A stretch of DNA of 64,000 nt from NCBI GenBank assembly GCA_030248215.1, contig JASANG010003810.1:1-64000 (forward strand). The letters run 5' to 3'. Numbering within the stretch: position 1 is the first letter of the stretch; every line of letters starts with the position of its first letter. The stretch comes from Enoplolaimus lenunculus (lineage: Eukaryota). This document shows, piece by piece, positions 56,144 to 64,000 of the stretch. The position numbers and the translations under genes are program-made. Below the pieces are notes generated by a model. The model was not told the DNA's origin and did no database searches. It was given only the letters and a program-made list of their open reading frames with translations.

Positions 56144-59100
56144 ATGAAACAATTTACCAAATTATTATTTATTAGCATATTTGTTTGTGTTAAGTGTTGC
56201 GGAAAAAATGTAGCAAATTCGCCACAACCCGAAACTATACAATTATCATATCACGGTAAGGGTTCCATGGTATCGAACAGGTCTCGAACCAATTCTACAG
56301 TCTTACGCAATCACCTAAACCAAGCCTATGCTTACGTGTATATAAGTCTAAACGCTAACGCCGACAGCATACGAATTGAGACCTGAATGAGAGGGGATAA
56401 TAAGAGTGGGAGGGTCCCCATTTTGAGTTCCAATGAATAGCAGTCCGTATCACTGATAAGTGTCCGTAAGCGGATAGAGTCCCTAAACCCTAATTTAAGT
56501 CCATAAATGTCAATTATTTCTAAATGTAGCACGTAAATGACTCCAGAACGAAATACAGTTGAGTTCAAAATGTTAAAGCATAGGTATATACCTACTTAAG
56601 TTTTGTAAATATATTCCTAAGTGTAACATTACATTATCGCTCAAACTTTTGATACAAGACAAACGTTTGATTCAACGGAATGCTGTAATACTGGATATCA
56701 GGGTACAACCAGAGGTCTGCCTCCGGCTCCGGCAAAAAATTGGCCTGCGGCTCCGGCTCCGGCGGAATTTTTGCCTGAGGTTCCGGCAATATCGGTAGTA
56801 AAATTTGGCATAATTGTGCAAAAATTATCTGTTTAGCGCGTTTCGTGTTAATACTTTTGTCACAATTTTCAGGCAACAATTTCCGCAATTTCGCAAAAAA
56901 TTTAGCGTAAAAGCAAACAATTTAACAACCTATTGCAGATATTGGCTAAAATTAACTAATTATATAACCATGATTTTTGCAACCTAATTTCGCGTTACCT
57001 CCGGCTTCAGTATTTTTCGCACCCTGCTGCATATATATCAGTAACGAAAGGTAGCGGAGGGTGGGTGTACGTCGTCGTACGGTACCGTTGAGAAAGCGAT
57101 AAGCTATTGAAAATTTCCAAACAAACCGTGTCATGACATTCGAGGACGGAAATACCAAATTTATGCAAGAAATATTTGATTGGTATTAAAACAATACGGT
57201 CACAGCCAATCCGATTTGTTTAAGGTAATCCTGGTGAAATGCGACTAACATGGACAACGACAGTTCCAAGCTCGCTGCCAATAGTTGAGTACGGCAAGAA
57301 CGGTATGAATCAATTCATCCGAATTGCCAACTCAACCAATATCAGCACTGCCGAACGGTCTAGATTCGTTCACCGAGCACTTCTTGATGAGTTGGAGTTG
57401 GCGACAACGTACAGTAAGTTAATTTTGATTGGATGAGATAGAAGTTTGGAAATCCGTTGCAGTTGGTTATTGTCGGAACCCGTTATGCGGGGTTTGATTC
57501 GTTTAGGCTTTTTAGGTTCAAAACTTTTGGTACCACATGGAAAATTGTCTACCTTGTTTGTAAGTCATTGAAAACCTTTGAGTGCCCCCCAGAAAATTTT
57601 TTAGCCTTCTTGCAAGGTGAGCTGGCTACAGTCCTGAATTCGTGTTGTATTGTCGCGCATCGATATGCTTAAGCTAACCCTCAATTACATTTAGAGCCCG
57701 TATCTTCAAATGTATACAGCACCAATCGCCAGTTGGTGATTAGTCTTGTAACTTCGGAATCAGCGCATGGTGAGGTTTGAACTTCAGTCAAGCCCGTAGC
57801 TAGCTCACCTTGCTATTAGGGCTAAAAATTTTCCGATGGAGCGACGAGGGTTTTCGTTGACTTACAAGCAAGGTTGAAAATATTTTTCAGGAAGGGCTAA
57901 AAATTTTCCAGTGGGGGCAGGCTTCCGTATTCCCCCTTTGGCTACGCGTCCGAATTCAGCATATTGCTCGCGTTTAATTTGCCCTACTTCTGTACTAATT
58001 TTGAAATCTGCAATTGCCGATGTTCGTCAGTTTAAAAACCTATCGCTATCTGATAATTGATGCTATATGCATTTGAGAATATGAGCCTGGACTTTTTAGA
58101 CTCACATCGGAATATGGACAGACTCGGTTGCACACTCGTTTAGACACTGGTTTAGGTTTTAGAACAGACTTAGGTGTAACTTTATAACTAATTGTGTTTA
58201 AATGACGCTAAGACTGAACCTAAGCCAAAACCTAAAATTTGGGCTTCGCACTGTTTCATTCATTTGTCAGTACGTTAATGGAAAAATTCTCAGTAAGTAT
58301 CCATATTCCTTTTACTTATAGAGTATAAGCAACTAAATACAAATAATATATACGAACAATACAAACCCAGTGAGCAGTGTCTAACAATTCTAGCATATAT
58401 GCGCAGTGAAAAATTTCCACAAGACGTCAGAGCCCCTCCGACTCGGCCGTCAAACTCCTATAGCTCTGTGGTCATAGCAAACCCCTCCCACGCGTAAGAC
58501 TTGTGATCGAATCTTACCTTAAAATTACATCTCATAAAAAGCTGAAAATATTCATGTGAGAGATCATGTATAGCACAGGGCCGGATCGCTTTCCGGTGTG
58601 TCTGTAATAGGGTCAGTTTAAGCTTTAGACTAACTTTTATGCTTAGGCTTAGGCTTAGGAATAGGCCCATTCTTACGCTTAGGCTTAGGCTTAGGCTTTG
58701 GAATATGCTTGTACAACTGTTCCGGCGCTGTTATTTACATGGGCCCATGTGAGAAATCACTGTAAATTCCAATGAGTGGATTAATCAATTCCGCTAGGGA
58801 GTTGGTTATTTCTGACAGAAACATTAACTCATTCTGAGTTGAGTTGACTCTGGGTGAGTTGGTTATCTAACTCAAAATGAATTGAATCAACTCAAAATTC
58901 TGAGTTCTGATAGCCCTAACTCAGATTAAATGACTCAACTCATTCTGAGTTAAAATCAACTCAGTGAAATTTACATTGCGATTAATTAGTAAATTTCAGT
59001 TTATCATGTTGGCGGTGTTGACGGTTGGAGCTCAGCGTATTATTTTACAACTCCGGCCTCAAGTGAGCAACGCTTGAGCTCTGGAATCGTTTTCTTTCAC

Positions 59101-62100
59101 GACTCAGGTACTCAATTTTACTTCTACGCTTGCCTTACCACAAAAATAGCGTCGTGAAAAATGTGGACTGAAAAATGGTTGTAGAATCTTGACCACAAAT
59201 ATGCAAACGGTTGTGAAAAATACTGTGAAGCTGTAGTTTGGAAAAAATTAGCCGGAACCGGAATCGAATGTGATGTGAAATTTTAGCCAATGAAAACGAC
59301 GTGGAACTCTATCCTAACAGTAACGTAGAAAGTTATTGATTTGGACACCAGTGGGGATAGGCCCACAATTTTGCCGTGGGTAATGAAATTTTTGTTTTCG
59401 AATAGTTTTAAGTTTTATGCTCGTTTTTTAGTGACCTTATTCGACCGTTTATGGACAATGTATAGAACAGGGCCGGAACAGTAGTATAAGTATATTCTTA
59501 AGCCTAAGCCTAAGCGTAAGAATGAGCCTATACCTAAGCCTAAGCCTAAGCAAAAAAATAGTCTTAAGCTTAAGCTTACTCTGCTACAGTTCCGCCGGCA
59601 GACGTTCCGGCCTGTTCTATACATGGCCCCATTTTATGACTGACCAATTGCGTACGGTAGCCTCTCATATTTTTCGCATATTTGGCTAAAAACACATTTA
59701 ATGGCTTGGCCTCTGAAGTCTTATTTAAGTAATTACTTAAGTAATCATTATTTAATTGCGTAAATGACCGAATTAAATAAATACTTAACTTTTCGAGCAA
59801 AAACAAATAAATGCCAAACTTGAACCAGTGTAATTATGCAAAAAAGCGCTAAGATTTCTTTAACATAAAAAAATCTGAACTGATAGTGTGGAAAACTTCA
59901 AATTAGGTCCGCGATTTTAAGTATTAACTTAACTTAAGTCCACCCTTACAAACGCTAAATAGGTAAAGTAATTGCATACCACATACTTAAGTACAAAGTC
60001 AAACTTAAGTAAGGTTTCAGAAACCCAGCCAGTATGAGATGTTTTTCTTAGTGAGTAAATGCTTTACGAAACTCACTCCAAATGTGAAACTGGATTTGAT
60101 TTTTTGGGAGTCAAATTTTTCACTCACATGCGTCTTAAATCCCAGCTCTGTTCGTTTACGATCCAAATTTCTGACGAGTTTTCTTCTAAACTAAAAAGAT
60201 TGTAATGATTGAGCTTAAGATTTGGGATCTCGCAAGAAATATGGCTAAAAATTCAATATATTTATTATTTATGAAAACAAAACAACAACTTAAAATGTAC
60301 GAAAATCGGCTGTGATTCTGCTTAAGATATTTGTTTTCAGGAATGAAAATTGGCAAACACTTAAGCTATTTTCAGAATTATGCGCAAAATTCAAATGCTG
60401 ATATGATAATATATTTAGGTAACATTTTAGCGGTAAAATCTTCACATAAAAATGTATTTTCAACAGTTCAGAAATCTCATTTTTTCACACACACATATAT
60501 ATATGTATATATATATATATGTGTGTGTGTAAAAGAGTGAGTAAGGATATATAAATTTTGTAATACATAAGGGTAGCACAATGCTTGTCGTGTGACGACA
60601 CCCGGAGCCGTATGGCACCATAAGTTAAAAAATTTTGTTTATGAATAGGGTCCATGTAAAGATCAGGGGCGGAGAGTTATTCTGTGAGACTAGATTAGAG
60701 TAAGCTTAAGCTTTAGATTAATTTTTTGCTTGGTTTATGCTTAGACTTAGGTTTAGGCTTAGGAATATGCTCATTATGCTTAGGCTTTAAGGCTTAGGCT
60801 TAGGAATATGCTTGTTCCGCTCATTTTCTTTACATTGGCCCTGAATTGTTATGCAATGTCATGTAGGGATTTACGTAATTTGTGGTACAGTGCCATACGG
60901 TGACGGACGGCGCCGGACGTCATCAAAAGTACAACGCCATCTTAAGTATACCTATAATTTATCTCAAACTCTAAAGACGATGCATTCGAATGCTAAACTA
61001 CTCATATACAAGCTTCACCGCAGGATCGAGCTTATGACACAATCTTGTAAGATGTAAGAAGAGAATTATTTTCAATATCAATGATAAACACTTTTATACC
61101 AGTAACTATGATTGGAAAACCGACCAAAGTCAAACAGCTCTAAATTGTAGAAACAAAATAGACCGAAAAAACCCAAATCTACTCACAAATATCGTCAAAA
61201 ATTTAGTTCAACATTTTAACTCAGGTTTGAACATTTTGACTCAGGTTTGAATACAAAATTTCATTTCGTCAGCTCAAGCTACTTTTAGTGGTGAAACAAT
61301 GCAAATTATTCCAAAAACTTTTTTACACAATAGCATTTCGAATACCCGGATACATATTTCGATTCGAATACATATCCCGGATATCCGGTGCGTGCCCACC
61401 TGTGAATAACAGTTTAAATAAGCGCAGCATGTGTTGTACGTTTAATTTAGGTGGGCACACAGATCCGAAGGAAATTGTTGAAAAAGTAAGTTTAGTACCA
61501 TGATGGTTGTAGTCATGTTACTTTTAGGGCCGTAACAGTAGATTAAGCGTATTCCTAAGCCTAAGCCTAAACCTAAGCGTTGCAAAAGCGTATTCCTAAG
61601 CTTAAGCCTAAGCAAAAAATGTAGTCAGGGTGTAAGCCTACTCTTTTAATGACCCACCACAAACCGGGACGGCCCTAAAAGCGACATAGGCCATGGTTGC
61701 AATCATTTGGTTTCATTTTGACTAAATTTGAAAGCATGCTGATTTTTACAGTAGGTAATACCCTTATTGCACGAAGTGTAATAATTTGAGTCGGTAAGTA
61801 AATTTTGTTCCGTAAACGGCAAACCAGTGGTTAAAATTAACCCCTGCCGCATTTGGTCTCGTAGAATACAACTGCGAGTCGTTCAAGCGCTGGCGACCCA
61901 TTCGCAATTAATATTTTTGTTCACTTCATGGATATAGAAAATTTTCAATTCCATAAACGTCTTTTTATTTACTGTTAATCTCATTTAAGAGTGCATGGTA
62001 TTTAACAAAAGTGTGCAACTACTTGGACTGTGCATGGTGCAAAATGTACCAGTACGCGTTGCGTTTTTGCCCGAACCCATCTTATTTATGGCCGGGGGGT

Positions 62101-63662
62101 TGATATATTTCAAAATATACGATAAGCAATTTTAAAATATAAACGGGGTGTCAATGAAGCGTACACAGTACGAGTGAATTTTATGATTATCACAAGTTGT
62201 ACCCTACTTTTAAATAGGGTTTGCAAAAAAACGCAGCGTGCGCTGAGTGCGGTTATAGTAGTACAAGCATATTCCTAAACCTAAGCCTAAGCCTAAGCAA
62301 ACAAATTAGTCTTCAGCTTAGGCTTATACTTTATTGCAATCCCGCAGAAAAACGTTCCATCCCTGATCTTTACATGGGCCAAATTTTGAATCATTTTTTG
62401 GTATAAAACCTTAGTTCGAATTTGGGTCTGGTAGAGGCATTAAAATAAACCTAAATGTTTGGGCAACCAAAAGTTGCCGCTGTAGTTATTATAATAGAAG
62501 ACTTCGCAAGAGAATCAAACTAGAATACAGACGAATTTTTAAATAAATCTCACGGCCAGCATTCAATTTTCTGCACATATATAGAACAGGGCTGAAACAG
62601 TAGTATAAGCATATTCTTAAGCCTTAGCCTAAGCCTAAACCTAGGCGTAAATGATGAGCCTATTTCTAAGCTTAAGCCAAACATTAAGCTTAAGCCTAAG
62701 CCTAAAAGCATAAGCCAACAAATCAGTCTAAAGCTTAAACTGACTCTAATTACAGCCCCTTAGAAAAACGATCCGGCCGAGTTCTATACATGGGCCCAAT
62801 TTTGGATACCCCCCCAACATTACAGGGGTTCAACGAGCGCTCCAGCTTAAAATACAACTAGCATTTATGCGTTGTAATCGCCAATTATTAGCTGCTGTCT
62901 CTCTGTTTAATACCATTTCTCGTAAAATATACAATCTGTACGTTTGCCAAAGAATACGAAACGTCGACCGAGGCATATTTTTTTTTGTTTTGTAAACATT
63001 TCAAACCCCACAACGAAGGTATGTGGAAATCAAAACGTAACGTGTGCCGGGTATATTCTTTTTCGCACAGAACGTATCCAGTTGCATACTCTTGTCAATT
63101 GGGTATGAATATACTCCTGGTTTTAGCAAATACAAAGCGAATACGACCGATTCAGGGCGACGGCGACAGAAATTAGCACAGACGTTCCATTCACGTTTGT
63201 TCCTGGAGTATTTGACCATCCAAAGTAAATTTAACAAGCATCCGCAATGACTTTTTCGAACCGCACTTACAGTATTGTAATGATATTTTTACGCGTAAGC
63301 CTAAATCTAAGCCAAAGCCTAAGCCTAAGCCTAAACCATAGCCTAAAACCTGGTTACAGTTTTCCCATCAGAAAATGTTTTTAAAAAATATATGGTCTCT
63401 AATTTTTTCCTCAGAAATTTTTCGTGACAAAATGATAAAGTCTTTACCTTACAATTTTTCCACCTCGCAAAATTTTTTTGGTGATAAAATGATAAGATTC
63501 CTACCTTAATGAATTTCAATAATAAATTTGAAAACATTTTGATTTTTTTCAAATTTAAACAAATTGTTTTTGATTGGTTTATGCTGCACTTTATTTCAGC
63601 AATTATTCGTACTTCAAGGATCATAACGCAATCTCATTGGGCGATAAGCAAATGTTTCACAG
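56144..63662 (+). CDS. Secreted purple acid phosphatase-like (ACP7/PAPL family) protein, 5' part. Exons 56144-56255, 57225-57413, 59000-59107, 60341-60418, 61451-61485, 63071-63102 (tentative), 63600-63662; the gene continues beyond the window
   Basis: Signal peptide, then PQPETIQLSYHGNPGEMRLTWTT..IVEYG..RFVHRALLDELELATTY.YHVGGVDGWSSAYYFTT (PAP N-terminal domain). The following exons are colinear with the metallophosphoesterase start but have altered motifs. Confidence 0.82.
56699..57026. mobile_element. hAT-like MITE family F
   Basis: CAGGGTACAACC...GCACCCTG; 8-bp flanks ctggatat/ctgcatat. Confidence 0.85.
58561..58745. mobile_element. MITE family D inserted in the end of a piggyBac-like family E relic; a family A copy follows at 58758-58978
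   Basis: Perfect TSD catgtgag (58553-58560 / 58746-58753). Confidence 0.85.
59453..62796. mobile_element. Further family D/D2 copies in the PAP-like introns: 59453-59629, 60649-60840, 61511-61692, ~62245-62380, 62572-62796
   Basis: GG.. termini and (GCCTAA)n arrays. Degenerate 8-bp TSDs: atgaatag/ctgaattg, atggttgt/atggttgc, caattttc/caattttg. Confidence 0.85.
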
Positions 63663-64000
63663 GTATATCTTTAAAGCTGAAAAGCCTCACATACGTATTT
63701 TGGATAACGTTCCAGCTCAATTTTATATTAATACAAATAGAACAAAGATGTCATGGGGCTGTGGACCATGAGGATCTCCATGGGGTGGGTGGTGTAGGAA
63801 TCAATTCAATATTGGCTATTATCCTTACCCCGCCCTGGTGTTAATAAACTTTAACATACATAGTCTTGTAAAAATAGACAGTGGCTGGTTTCTGAAATCT
63901 TAGTACTTAAGCTGTGCTTAAGTAACTGCTTAAGCTGTTATCTTAAGTAAATACTAAACTTTTCGAACAAAACAGATAAACGCCAAATGTGAACCATTGT

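Noticed and set aside
61751..61793. PAP-like exon YPYCTKCNNLS with a good GTAAGT donor
   Set aside because: An in-frame TAA lies between the available acceptor and this peptide, so it was left out of the model.
63295..63350. True telomere or chromosome-fusion scar from GCCTAA repeats
   Set aside because: The array is short and degenerate, like those inside family D elements.

Overview
Eukaryotic, AT-rich, intron-rich DNA from an invertebrate. TTTCAG-type splice acceptors and TTAGGC hexamers point to a nematode, probably an early-branching one (inference). Five protein-coding genes were read by hand from splice signals and translation: (1) the 3' part of a thrombospondin type-1 (TSP1) repeat gene whose 3.2-kb exon encodes very long poly-Q/poly-N tracts (+, 1811 to ~7311); (2) a complete 28-exon tripeptidyl-peptidase II (+, 11535-26552) with a ~200-aa acidic insert; (3) a complete 5-exon COMMD2 (+, 29313-33655); (4) a ~2,200-aa USPL1-like gene (-, 49529-40555) whose protease domain appears to lack the catalytic Cys box and His; (5) the 5' part of a secreted purple-acid-phosphatase-like gene (+, from 56144) with degenerate metal-binding motifs. 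Introns and intergenic DNA hold many non-autonomous DNA-transposon families, often nested with readable target-site duplications (TSDs). Highlights: a GG-ended, 8-bp-TSD MITE family built around the telomere hexamer (TTAGGC)n; two different CACT-ended elements inserted within ~1 bp of the same site in two copies of that family; a 2.5-kb CACT element carrying a CCAAT + E2F/CDE-CHR promoter-like module; and two candidate pseudoenzymes. Exon boundaries are manual predictions. Homology calls rest on recalled family motifs, not database searches.
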